Shown one piece after another: positions 26,591-35,208 of a DNA stretch of 64,000 bases. The stretch is taken from positions 84,686 through 148,685 of the forward strand of contig CAZWDU010000003.1 of assembly GCA_964632845.1 (NCBI GenBank). Direction: 5' to 3'. Positions within the stretch are counted from its first letter, which is position 1. Each line of letters begins with the position of its first letter. The stretch comes from an uncultured Candidatus Bathyarchaeia archaeon. Lineage in GTDB: Archaea; Thermoproteota; Bathyarchaeia; Bathyarchaeales; Bathycorpusculaceae. The position numbers and the translations under genes are program-made. Below the pieces are notes generated by a model. That model was not told the DNA's origin. It did no database searches and worked only from the letters and a program-made list of their open reading frames with translations.

Positions 26591-26798
26591 ACCTTCTTTT
26601 CTTTAGTTTTCCGTATTGTGTGCACTATCACGTGTAGAAATCGAGTCCCTTTCATACAAAGTGTGTCCTCTGCTTCTGAATACGCAGAAACTAATAGCAC
26701 GTGATACCCAGAATATTCTATCGTTTTCAGCTGCAGGTGTATGTTAAGGGTTCAGCCTACAGGTTTGCGTGACTGGGGAAAATGTAGAGCTGTTGCGT

Positions 26799-27035
26799 TT
26801 AGTGCTTGGTCAGTACGATGTAAAGGATGTTGTTTCCGCGGAGCAGCACGTTTCCGTAGTTCGTGAGCAACTGCTCGTCTCTGCATTCTGTTGCGCCTTC
26901 AAGCAGAATGTTCATGTGCCCATCACATTTTATCATGTTTCCCTTATACTCGCAGCCATTTTTGAGGACTACTTCGATGTTTCCATGGAGTTGTTTAATG
27001 AGGACGTTTAAAGGTTTTTTACTTGGTTCCATCAT
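26799..27035 (-). CDS. Sm-like (LSm / SmAP) protein, second copy
   Basis: Sm1 'IEVVLKNGCEYKGNMIKCDGHMNILLEGA' and Sm2 'YGNVLLRGNNILYI'. Confidence 0.75.
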   Translation of the reverse strand: MMEPSKKPLNVLIKQLHGNIEVVLKNGCEYKGNMIKCDGHMNILLEGATECRDEQLLTNYGNVLLRGNNILYIVLTKH

Positions 27036-27335
27036 AGCACCGTATTCCATTAGAGTCGATACATGCACATATGCACAACCCATCACATATAAAAGTTTTA
27101 TGAAAGAATTGTCGAGAACCTCTTGGTTGCCTCAAGCTCATGCTGAAAAAATGCCTTCTCGCCTACTCTTTGGAATTGTGAACACAGCCTGCAAAAATTA
27201 TTTCACTTGCCTCTTTCAGCGTTTTCCTAAACTGCAAGACCAGCACGTGAAAAAATATAATCCATTTATAAGAAGCTCAGCCCTTTGTGAGCATAACATC
27301 CAAAACCAATTGTGCGCGTAGGAGAAAAACGGAAG

Positions 27336-27644
27336 ATGCATTTAGAAGAAATGAAAAAAGAAATCGAAACACTAGTCATCGAAAAAGGTTTCTACAACAA
27401 ACCAGAAGATATCCCAAAAAAGTTGCTGTTCGCCTTCATAGAGCTCGGCGAAGCTAGCGACTCATGGAAAAAAGGCGCGTCAGAAGAAAAAATAGCTGAA
27501 GAACTCATAGACGTAATATTCTACATTCTAGACGCAAGCCGCTTAGCATGCCCCACCGTGGACATGGATGCCATATTCAAGAAGAAACTAGAAAAAAACC
27601 ACAACAGACCTTACCAGTACGGCGAAGGACACCGAAACAAATAA
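27336..27644 (+). CDS. MazG-like nucleotide pyrophosphohydrolase
   Basis: 'FAFIELGEASDSW...AEELIDVIFYILD' is the EExxE/D helix pattern. Confidence 0.65.
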   Translation: MHLEEMKKEIETLVIEKGFYNKPEDIPKKLLFAFIELGEASDSWKKGASEEKIAEELIDVIFYILDASRLACPTVDMDAIFKKKLEKNHNRPYQYGEGHRNK

Positions 27645-27680
27645 CTGTATTTCAACGCCTTTCACATTCTGGGACGCAAA

Positions 27681-28148
27681 GTGAACTTTGAATATCCTGC
27701 GGCGCTACGTTTTCAATGCACAAAATGCGGAATATGCTGCGGCGACACACAAGAGAAAATAAGGCATATTCTTCTCTTAAGTGCAGAGGCGGAACAAATC
27801 GCCACGGTAACTTCGCAGCCAATCAACGAGTTCGCAGTGCAAGTTGACGGTAAAGCACCCTACGGTTACGAGATGAAAAAGACATTGGAAAACGGAAAAT
27901 GCGTCTTTCTATCCCAAAACCGCTGCACCATCTATCCGCTAAGACCATTAATCTGCAGGTTCTACCCGTTTGAGCTTAAAATGGCAGCGAACAAAACATA
28001 CCGGTTTCGCTGCACGGACGAGTGCCCAAGCATAGGCAAAGGCAAAGTGCTGGGCAAAAACTATTTTGAAGAGCTTTTTCAGCTAGCACGCGTTAAAACG
28101 CAAGCGCAACGCAAACCCAAAGAGAAAACACACCGCAGAGTGGTTTAG
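27681..28148 (+). CDS. YkgJ-family CxxCxxCC cysteine-cluster protein (host copy)
   Basis: 'QCTKCGICCGD' and 'CVFLSQNRCTIYPLRPLICRFYP'. GTG start. Confidence 0.7.
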   Translation: MNFEYPAALRFQCTKCGICCGDTQEKIRHILLLSAEAEQIATVTSQPINEFAVQVDGKAPYGYEMKKTLENGKCVFLSQNRCTIYPLRPLICRFYPFELKMAANKTYRFRCTDECPSIGKGKVLGKNYFEELFQLARVKTQAQRKPKEKTHRRVV

Positions 28149-28417
28149 TTGTTTGTTTTGGGCTGACTGGACAAAAGGAGCCGTTTTTGTGTGTATTTAT
28201 AACCGCATGCGCATTCAAAACCCAGTACCTTGCCGTTTTTGCACGTTACGCAGCGCCACTTGTGCCCAGTGCAGTTAGTGCTTTGTTTGTGTAGTTTCCA
28301 TAGAACTTTCGCGTCGTTAACCGTGATGGGTGCATCGCGTTTTGCGGATGTTATGTACCAGATTAAGTAGCCTGCGAAGAATGCCCATGTGCTTAGTGTG
28401 ATTGTGGTTAGCATCAT
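28145..28417 (-). CDS. small membrane-anchored Cys-rich protein
   Basis: N-terminal TM segment followed by 'CTGHKWRCVTCKNGKVLGFECACG'. Confidence 0.45.
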   Translation of the reverse strand: MMLTTITLSTWAFFAGYLIWYITSAKRDAPITVNDAKVLWKLHKQSTNCTGHKWRCVTCKNGKVLGFECACGYKYTQKRLLLSSQPKTNN

Positions 28418-28551
28418 GTTTGTTTCTCCTTGTGTATTTGTGTTCTACACTAATACAATATGTCCAGAGTGTGACATATTCCAAAAAATGGAGAAGCCGC
28501 ACCACGCGATATAAGCATTATCGCATATTCCGAACCGAAACCAAAAACAAA

Positions 28552-29031
28552 CTACAACTGCTGCAACACATCAGCCTTCTCCAAAATGCCTCCGCAATAA
28601 TGGCACTTCAGCAACAAAGGCTCCTCAACCTCCACGTAAAACTTCGCCACTGCAGGCTCATCACTGTTGCTCACGCAAGCAGGATTCACACATTTAACCA
28701 AGCCTTCAATAACCCGCGGCAACTTAACCTCCAACTTCTCCACCACACAATAATCGCGAATGATATTGATGGTAGCATGAGGCGCCACCAACGCTATGCG
28801 ATTAACCTCCCGTGCATTCAACGCGCGCCCCTCAACCTTTACAACATCTTTCACTCCAAAACGCTTACTAGGCACATTAACCGCAATAGTCATCACGCGT
28901 CCCTCACGCCCAGTAATCCCCAACATCTTCACCACGTCCAACGCATATCCGCCGCTTATATGGTCAATAACGGTGCCATTTCGAATCTTCGAGACCCGCA
29001 GCTCCCTGTCGCTCAACTCAGACTCCACCAC
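28552..29031 (-). CDS. pyrI: aspartate carbamoyltransferase regulatory subunit
   Basis: 'LRVSKIRNGTVIDHI' plus the C-terminal zinc domain 'CVNPACVSN...LLLKCHYCGG'. Confidence 0.9.
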   Translation of the reverse strand: MVESELSDRELRVSKIRNGTVIDHISGGYALDVVKMLGITGREGRVMTIAVNVPSKRFGVKDVVKVEGRALNAREVNRIALVAPHATINIIRDYCVVEKLEVKLPRVIEGLVKCVNPACVSNSDEPAVAKFYVEVEEPLLLKCHYCGGILEKADVLQQL

Positions 29032-29147
29032 ACAAACACTGTACGTGCTACTAATACATAAAAATTTACAGCTTCACCCGAAACAACAACAAAAAAACAA
29101 AAAAATAATAATACGACGAATGCATAGGGTAGCAGCAGTCTACGCGT

Positions 29148-29231
29148 GCGGGATTGCCCTAGCCTGGTAGGGGGCAGGCCTGCTAAGTCTGTGGTCGAAA
29201 GGCCGCGTGGGTTCAAATCCCACATCCCGCG
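29148..29231 (+). tRNA. tRNA-Ser (GCT), class II with a long variable arm
   Basis: Acceptor GCGGGAT/ATCCCGC, anticodon stem CAGGC/GTCTG with loop CTGCTAA, variable arm GGTC-GAAA-GGCC, T-arm GTGGGTTCAAATCCCAC. No CCA is encoded. Confidence 0.85.
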
Positions 29232-29325
29232 CTTTTACTTCTCTCTATCCATGCTTATCCTGAATGTGAATTGCCTCTTCATAAGACTTAGTTTCTTGTT
29301 TGCATTAAATAATTCATAGACAAGA

Positions 29326-29475
29326 ATGAAACAATTCAAAGACAACAAATTGCGCATGACTGAAGCTTTTAGAGAGAAAATCTTGATGTATGCAGTGAAA
29401 AGGGATATAGTATCTGAAGTTGTAGAGGAAGCTTTAGTACCGCACACTAAGACTAAACCGCAGAATCTGCAGTAA
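29326..29475 (+). CDS. possible 49-aa ribbon-helix-helix-like protein
   Basis: MKQFKDNKLRMTEAFREKILMYAVKRDIVSEVVEEALVPHTKTKPQNLQ has a strand-helix-helix pattern. It competes with the antisense track ORF 29235..29447. Confidence 0.3.
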   Translation: MKQFKDNKLRMTEAFREKILMYAVKRDIVSEVVEEALVPHTKTKPQNLQ

Positions 29476-29634
29476 AAAACTAAAGCTTCATGAGTTTACT
29501 TCTCTTGTAGTGCTTAGCTCTGCCTTTCACTACGGTACTTTATATAAACAGAATCTTTCAGGCGGCTAACTGAACGTTAATGAAGAAGCAGAAAGCCAAC
29601 ACAAATATAACCGCTGCATCAACCAAATAACCGG

Positions 29635-30549
29635 GTGTTTGCCTGCCAGAAGCACGAAAAGAATGGTGAAGCATTGTTGAAGGGAAAAACTTTTTCTTTG
29701 CCTGATGGGCGTCAACTTGGCTACTGCATTGTCGGCGAAGGCAAACCCGTGCTCTACTTCCACGGCACTGCAAGCAGCCGCCTAGAAATTCTACTTTTAG
29801 AAAAGTTTGCGTTTGCCAACAGATTGCAGATAATCGGCGTTGATCGACCTGGCTTTGGATTATCAACTTTTGCGCCTAGGAAAAACCTCAGCGATTTTGC
29901 TTACGACGTTGATTTGCTGGTTGAGCACTTGCGGCTTGACCAAGTTGCAGTTCTCGGCTGGTCTGGAGGCGGCGTTTTCGCGCTTGCTTATGTGGCGCTT
30001 TTCCCAGAACGCGTAAGCAAGGCAGTGGTTGTTGGTGCACCAGCGTTACCCTTTGATGTGGCAACTGCACACAACAGTTCTCTTGCTCGTTTCGCCATGA
30101 AAATCCCATTCCTCGGCATGTTAGCTTTGAGAAACATGAAAGCACAGGTGTTGAAGGCTAACGCGAACATCGACAAATTCTCGGCATCCAAAGACGCGGA
30201 AAAAACGCTTAAAGGTTGGTCCAGAGAGGATGTGAAGTTCTTTTCTAATAAGGCACGGGTGACTTTGTTGTATACGTCGATGGCTGAGGCTTTTCGACAG
30301 GGCAACCAAGGCGTCAAGGCTGTGCTGCAAGAGCATACGCTTTTCATGAAACCGTGGGATGTACCTTTAACGCGGGTCCCTTGTGGCAAAGTGTTTATTT
30401 GGCAAGGTACTGAGGATAAAACTTGCCGCGTTGATAACGCGTTTAGACTTGCCCGAGAAGTCTCAAATGCACATGTGCAGATTTTTAAGGGAAAAGGACA
30501 CTTCGTCATGTTTGATAACTTGAAAAAGCTGGGTGAACTCTTCAGTTGA
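29635..30549 (+). CDS. alpha/beta-fold hydrolase
   Basis: 'VLYFHGTASSR' is the oxyanion region, 'VLGWSGGG' is the GxSxG nucleophile elbow, and there is a C-terminal 'GKGHF'. Confidence 0.8.
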   Translation: MFACQKHEKNGEALLKGKTFSLPDGRQLGYCIVGEGKPVLYFHGTASSRLEILLLEKFAFANRLQIIGVDRPGFGLSTFAPRKNLSDFAYDVDLLVEHLRLDQVAVLGWSGGGVFALAYVALFPERVSKAVVVGAPALPFDVATAHNSSLARFAMKIPFLGMLALRNMKAQVLKANANIDKFSASKDAEKTLKGWSREDVKFFSNKARVTLLYTSMAEAFRQGNQGVKAVLQEHTLFMKPWDVPLTRVPCGKVFIWQGTEDKTCRVDNAFRLAREVSNAHVQIFKGKGHFVMFDNLKKLGELFS

Positions 30550-31391
30550 CAGCAAGATTTTTCTGTTTGCCGTTGGGGGTTAACGGAGGGGACACGCCGA
30601 AAACCCCCAACGTTTCTAGCTACGGCAGTTGGCTGTACCTGTGAGTGGTTGTTTTGTGCACATACCCGTGAGCTTTAACGTTGCTTGCGCTTGAAGGTTG
30701 CGCGTGATTCGGTTTACAGTTGGATAATCCATCCATGTATATAAGGTTTTTGCGTATATACAATAGTGACTATATTGTTGAACATATGTCCATAGAATTT
30801 CTGTGCTGAATTTTGGCGTGGGTTAACGTTGCATAGAGCTTTGCCAAAAAAAGAGGCATTGTAAAAAAAGGAGGTTGAGGGAAAGAGTCAGTTTTCGGGA
30901 TGTTGCTTTAGAAAAACGTTGAGAGCAAAGCGCTCATTGGTATCCCCGTAAGCGTGAAATGCTGCTGAACAGCCTCTCTTTACAGCAATGAGTTTTTGTG
31001 ATTTTCGAGGCTTTGAGATACTGGGACTTTGGCTCTTTCCCTCACTATAATAATAGGCAAAAAATTATATAAGTTTATAGTTTCTTCCCGGAACCTATGC
31101 TATGATTTGTTTGTTGCGTTTTAAGAGACTCTATCGCTTTTTTTGCAGCGTCATTGCAGCCGAGAGTACCAATGCTTTAAGTGGTTTTGTTAGTGAGTCT
31201 TGAATGTGAAAGTGAAGCAGTGATTCTTGTTTAGTGGTTAAGTTTTATGCGCAGAATAGTTAGGTCATGTGCCGATAAAACAACGTAGCACCATGCGCAC
31301 ACAATCATCTAAGACACACCGCACAATTTCGCGAACGCAAAACCGTAAACTCTATATTTCTTAATGAAACCTCTTTTTCAATAGTCTCAGC

Positions 31392-31469
31392 GGGCCCGTA
31401 GCTCAGTCAGGTCAGAGCGGCGGACTCTTAATCCGTAGGCCGCGGGTTCAATTCCCGTCGGGCCCGCCA
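31392..31469 (+). tRNA. tRNA-Lys (CTT), CCA encoded
   Basis: GGGCCCGTAGCTCAGTCAGGTCAGAGCGGCGGACTCTTAATCCGTAGGCCGCGGGTTCAATTCCCGTCGGGCCCGCCA, with anticodon loop CTCTTAA. Confidence 0.9.
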
Positions 31470-31580
31470 CAAACAGGAAGGGCACTCGCGCAGCAAACCG
31501 GCATTGAAGTCGTACTGCTTATTTATTAAAGCAAATAACCAGTAATAGAATGACGTAATGAAGGAGCGAGATTAAAACAA

Positions 31581-32348
31581 ATGAAACAGGTACTTATAAC
31601 GCCCGTTGCGGGAAAACGTTTAATCGCCAAAGCACTCGCAACGCACAGCACAGTTCTAAACGCGTTGAAGTCTGGAACAGTTGTTATCCTCGCAGGTACC
31701 ACAAACGGTTACGTAGCCGAAGAAATCTTCAAGGCAATAGACATTCCGAATGATTTTTCTCGGAAGCATTTTTTCCGCGGCATTATCGTGCCGCCTGGCA
31801 GAAAAGTAACTTCTGAAGGACGTGTGGCTGATGAAAGTAAGTTTCCCGGTGACGTGATAATAACGAAGGGCACATGGCGAAAAGGCGAAACAATATCGGA
31901 TGTAGTTGATGAGCTTAAAGAAGGCGATGTTATCCTGAAAGGCGCGAACGCGTTAGATTTACAAAGAAAGCAGGCAGCCATTCTTATCGGGCATTCTAAA
32001 GCGGGAACAATAGCCGTATCTCTGCAGGCTGTTATGGGACGTCGTGTCCGCCTAATCATGCCCGTTGGGCTAGAGAAACGTGTATGCAGCGATTTGTATG
32101 CGCTGGCGGCGAGAGTGAACGCGCCTGGCGCGAAAGGCTACCGGCTGTTTCCTGTTCCAGGTCAAGTATTCACCGAGATTGATGCTATAAACCTCTTAAC
32201 TGGTGCCACTGCGGAGTTGGTTGCAGCTGGCGGTTTTTGCGGCGCTGAAGGCAGTTGCCTGCTTGCTGTTAGTGGTACAGAAGAGCAGGAGGAAGCTGCT
32301 GAGAAGCTTGTGGCGACTGTTGCGTCAGAACCCGCATTTGATTTCTAA
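31581..32348 (+). CDS. conserved-looking uncharacterised soluble protein (255 aa)
   Basis: Clean ORF with alternating beta/alpha character. I cannot name a family. Confidence 0.55.
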   Translation: MKQVLITPVAGKRLIAKALATHSTVLNALKSGTVVILAGTTNGYVAEEIFKAIDIPNDFSRKHFFRGIIVPPGRKVTSEGRVADESKFPGDVIITKGTWRKGETISDVVDELKEGDVILKGANALDLQRKQAAILIGHSKAGTIAVSLQAVMGRRVRLIMPVGLEKRVCSDLYALAARVNAPGAKGYRLFPVPGQVFTEIDAINLLTGATAELVAAGGFCGAEGSCLLAVSGTEEQEEAAEKLVATVASEPAFDF

Positions 32349-32435
32349 GGGCAATAGGTGCGTGGGTGTTGAAGTTGGGTGCCGCTTGCGTCTTGGTGTG
32401 TGTTTTCTGGGTGTTGTGAGGAGCGCAAAAAAAGG

Positions 32436-32469
32436 ATAGTGTTACTGAACGTGCAAACAGTAACACTAT
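32436..32469. promoter_or_regulatory. perfect 12-bp-arm palindrome ATAGTGTTACTG-N10-CAGTAACACTAT; candidate operator (or terminator)
   Basis: Read directly from the sequence. It lies 88 nt after the upstream stop and 168 nt before the nikR ATG. The half-site GTAACACTA recurs at 33523 and 33544. Confidence 0.5.
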
Positions 32470-32636
32470 ACTGCAGATACGCAGCGCTCACCTAAAAAGC
32501 TTGCGGTTCAATTTTCAATTGTCAACATCGACTACAAAATAATCCACAACGCATAGACACTGCTGTAGTTGCAGTCGTTCGCGCTATCAGTGAAAAAGCT
32601 TTTAGGCAAACCCGTTACATTCTAACGTGGATTCCA

Positions 32637-33047
32637 ATGACTAAAATAACACGCGTAGGCGTAACATTCCCCCCAGAACTCCTCAATGACTTCGACGAAA
32701 TAATCGGCAAAATGGGTTATGAAAGCCGCTCTAAAGCCATCCAAGACGCAGTCAGGCTTTTCGTTTCAGAAAAAAAATGGCTCCGACAAGGAGAAAACAC
32801 TAATCAAACGGGCATCATACTGATGGTTTATGACCACGACGCCAGAGGCTTAGAAACCAACCTGACCGATGCACAGCACCACCATTCCACATTGATATTC
32901 TCAACGTTACACATTCACATCAGCGAACGCGACTGCCTTGAAGCGATAGCGGTGAAAGGCAAAGCCTCAGAAATCCGAAGGCTAAGCGATGAACTTGCAA
33001 CGAAGAAAGGCGTCAAAATTCTCAAAACAGTAATCGCAACAGTCTAA
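32637..33047 (+). CDS. nikR: nickel-responsive regulator NikR
   Basis: RHH N-terminus 'RVGVTFPPELLNDFDEII...YESRSKAIQDAVR' and a C-terminal metal-binding domain with 'HHH...HIH...C'. Confidence 0.8.
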   Translation: MTKITRVGVTFPPELLNDFDEIIGKMGYESRSKAIQDAVRLFVSEKKWLRQGENTNQTGIILMVYDHDARGLETNLTDAQHHHSTLIFSTLHIHISERDCLEAIAVKGKASEIRRLSDELATKKGVKILKTVIATV

Positions 33048-33127
33048 CTCATCCAATAGTACGCTTAATAGTGAAAAACGAGAAAAATGGCGGATTTAAG
33101 CCGCCTTTAATTGTGCAATTTTTTCGG

Positions 33128-33505
33128 TTACTTCCGTGTTGTCATTGGTTTGCTGAGTGGACTTAGCTGGTCTGTGACTGCAAGTTTTCTTGTCATCAGT
33201 GTGGATACTGCAAGCAGGCCCATCCAAGAAAGGGATATAGCTAAAGTCATTGAGCCGCCGATGCTGGCGATCTCAGACAGCATCACTGCTGTGTCTGCAG
33301 GTGAAGACATGGCAGTTAGGTATGGTGCCCACGCAGTTATTTCGCCGTGAAAGACGTGTTCGGCAGCGAGTATAACTACTCCGCCCCATAGCATTGAATT
33401 CAGCACGCTTAGTTTTAGTTTGTGTGTGAGGTCGCTGTGTCTGGTTAGTAGTTGTATGATTGTTGTTACTATTGCAAGTGCCATTGGTGCTAGGAAACAT
33501 GCCAT
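33128..33505 (-). CDS. small 3-4 TM membrane protein (125 aa)
   Basis: Hydrophobic, with 'MLWGGVVILAAEHVFHGEI'. It is a paralogue-like partner of 33583..33882. Confidence 0.55.
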   Translation of the reverse strand: MACFLAPMALAIVTTIIQLLTRHSDLTHKLKLSVLNSMLWGGVVILAAEHVFHGEITAWAPYLTAMSSPADTAVMLSEIASIGGSMTLAISLSWMGLLAVSTLMTRKLAVTDQLSPLSKPMTTRK

Positions 33506-33522
33506 TTCATTTTTGCCTCCAA

Positions 33523-33553
33523 GGTAACACTAAATTTAAATATGGTAACACTA
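33523..33553. promoter_or_regulatory. direct repeat GGTAACACTA-N11-GGTAACACTA bracketing the AT-rich box AATTTAAATAT in a divergent promoter
   Basis: Read directly. The repeats start 21 bp apart. Two further GTAACGG copies lie at 33564 and 33573. Confidence 0.5.
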
Positions 33554-33582
33554 GCTAATAAGCGTAACGGAGGTAACGGGAT

Positions 33583-33882
33583 ATGTGGCTGATAATATTT
33601 GCATTCGCTGCGACAATCTCTACTGCAATATGGTATACTCAAGCTGAGAACGACAAATACCTGTTAAAGTTTCTTAGCGCAATATTCTGGGGTACAACAA
33701 TAATGGTGCTTGTTGACCACGTGGTGCCCTTCATAATGGAAGGCGGCGGAGAATTCTTTGAAGTGTCAGCTGAAGCAACGGTTCTCAGCGGCATTATGCT
33801 TGTTGTGGGGCTCGCAGTGTGGGAGGGCGCGCTGTTATTTAAGGACCCTAAAGGCGTGATATTTAAAAGAAAACGTGCATAA
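33583..33882 (+). CDS. small 3-TM membrane protein (99 aa)
   Basis: 'AIFWGTTIMVLVDHVVPFIMEG' parallels the motif in the divergent neighbour. Confidence 0.55.
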   Translation: MWLIIFAFAATISTAIWYTQAENDKYLLKFLSAIFWGTTIMVLVDHVVPFIMEGGGEFFEVSAEATVLSGIMLVVGLAVWEGALLFKDPKGVIFKRKRA

Positions 33883-34081
33883 CGCGTCCGCACTCAACGC
33901 AACCTCAAATCATTTTTTTCTCCCTTTTTCTTGCACCCTGCCGCTACAGTTAACCCTGTTTTTTGCTGATTTGGCAGTTGTTTCAGCGAAATATGTGCAT
34001 GGACAGAATAGGCGTTGCGTGTGTAAAGCTTAAATAAGCAAGTAATACTATTTCTTAAAATCGTATTACTGTGGTGCTGAC

Positions 34082-34321
34082 ATGACTGAAAACAACATGT
34101 GGTTCGAAGGCACACAACTAAAAGAAAGAGAACTGACAAAAATCTTCGAAAACATCAAAGACGAACTTGCTCTAATAACTGCAAGCGTAAAATTCAATTT
34201 CACAACACGAAAAACCAGCGAAAAAGACCTCAAAGTTGTACTCGCATACATCGACGACACCACAAAACTTGTCGACCTGCTGAAGTCCCGCTTAAGCCTT
34301 TTGTCTGAAGCCACAAGCTAA
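34082..34321 (+). CDS. hypothetical helical protein (79 aa)
   Basis: The ORF has plausible composition, but antisense ORFs overlap it. Confidence 0.35.
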   Translation: MTENNMWFEGTQLKERELTKIFENIKDELALITASVKFNFTTRKTSEKDLKVVLAYIDDTTKLVDLLKSRLSLLSEATS

Positions 34322-34338
34322 AAAAACACACGACAAAT

Positions 34339-35127
34339 TCATGACGTTTTTCTGAATTTGGCAACGCGATTGGCAATTAGCGTAGCCATCGCACCTGCCG
34401 CTACGCCACCGTCAATGTTAACAACAGCCAAGCCTAACGAGCATGACTGCAACATAGCCATAAGCGTGCCCAAGCCTTTCTCTCCGAAACCATAACTATT
34501 CGAGGTTGGCACTGCAATTACGGGAACATCAACCATGCCTGCCACCACCGAGGCTAATGCACCTTCTCTGCCTGCAACCACTATGACAACATCAACGTCA
34601 TTAATGATTAAGTCTTTTAAGGGTTGCATGAGCCTATGAATCCCAGCTACACCTAAATCATACGCGGCAAAAACTGTGCAGCCCATCTCCTCAGCGATTA
34701 CTTTTGCTTCTTCCGCCACAGGGATATCCGATGTCCCCGCAGTTAAAAGCCCAATCTTTCCGCCACTAGCTCTAATAACAAAATCGTTCTTTTTTATGAC
34801 AACCATTTTGGCTTTACCGTAAACTTGCAACGCCGCGTCTTTCGGCGCAGCTTTTTTGATTGCGTGCATCTGCTTCGCGTCGCATCTGCTTACTATAACC
34901 CTGCCTTTCTCCGCCAGCATCCGAAGCGATATGCCTACAAGGTCAACTGTTGATTTCCCCTCAGCGAGAACTATTTCAGGTATGCCCTTCCTGCACTCGC
35001 GGTTAGCGTCAATTCTCGCCATGTTCCCCACTTCCGCCACCGCCAGCGGCTTCACTAACTTTTCCGCTTCAGCAACCGTTATCTCGTTTTTCGCAAGCTT
35101 CTCAAGAATTTCATTCAAACTGTACAT
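34339..35127 (-). CDS. larB: nickel-pincer cofactor biosynthesis protein LarB (PurE-like carboxylase/hydrolase)
   Basis: 'GLLTAGTSDIPVAEEAKVIAEEMG' and 'VVAGREGALASVVAGMVDVPVIAVPTS'. Confidence 0.85.
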   Translation of the reverse strand: MYSLNEILEKLAKNEITVAEAEKLVKPLAVAEVGNMARIDANRECRKGIPEIVLAEGKSTVDLVGISLRMLAEKGRVIVSRCDAKQMHAIKKAAPKDAALQVYGKAKMVVIKKNDFVIRASGGKIGLLTAGTSDIPVAEEAKVIAEEMGCTVFAAYDLGVAGIHRLMQPLKDLIINDVDVVIVVAGREGALASVVAGMVDVPVIAVPTSNSYGFGEKGLGTLMAMLQSCSLGLAVVNIDGGVAAGAMATLIANRVAKFRKTS

Positions 35128-35208
35128 GTGTCGCTTCACTTTCTGAGAGACCACAAGCAATATATCATTTATGCTTGCTCTTTCATATCAACTTATCACG
35201 TGGGAATA

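Noticed and set aside
26629-26707. TATCACGTG ... CACGTGATA inverted 9-mers downstream of porB
   Set aside because: The arms are short and separated by about 60 nt, and both are centred on the self-complementary CACGTG. This is within chance expectation.
28402-29061. 219-aa plus-strand ORF
   Set aside because: It is antisense to pyrI, which has unambiguous motifs. It is His/Gln/Leu-rich and low in complexity.
29013-29225. 70-aa ORF; likewise 21680..21889 and 49223..49438 / 49329..49577
   Set aside because: All of them run through tRNA genes (Ser, Asn, Gln). The tRNA cloverleaves are far better supported.
30877-31043. 11-bp long-range complement GAGGGAAAGAG / CTCTTTCCCTC; its 5' arm superficially resembles the RNase P CR-I 'GAGGAAAGUCC'
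   Set aside because: By my rough estimate, a few such 11-mers within 200 nt are expected by chance in 64 kb. The other RNase P conserved regions are not visible, and the match to CR-I is imperfect.
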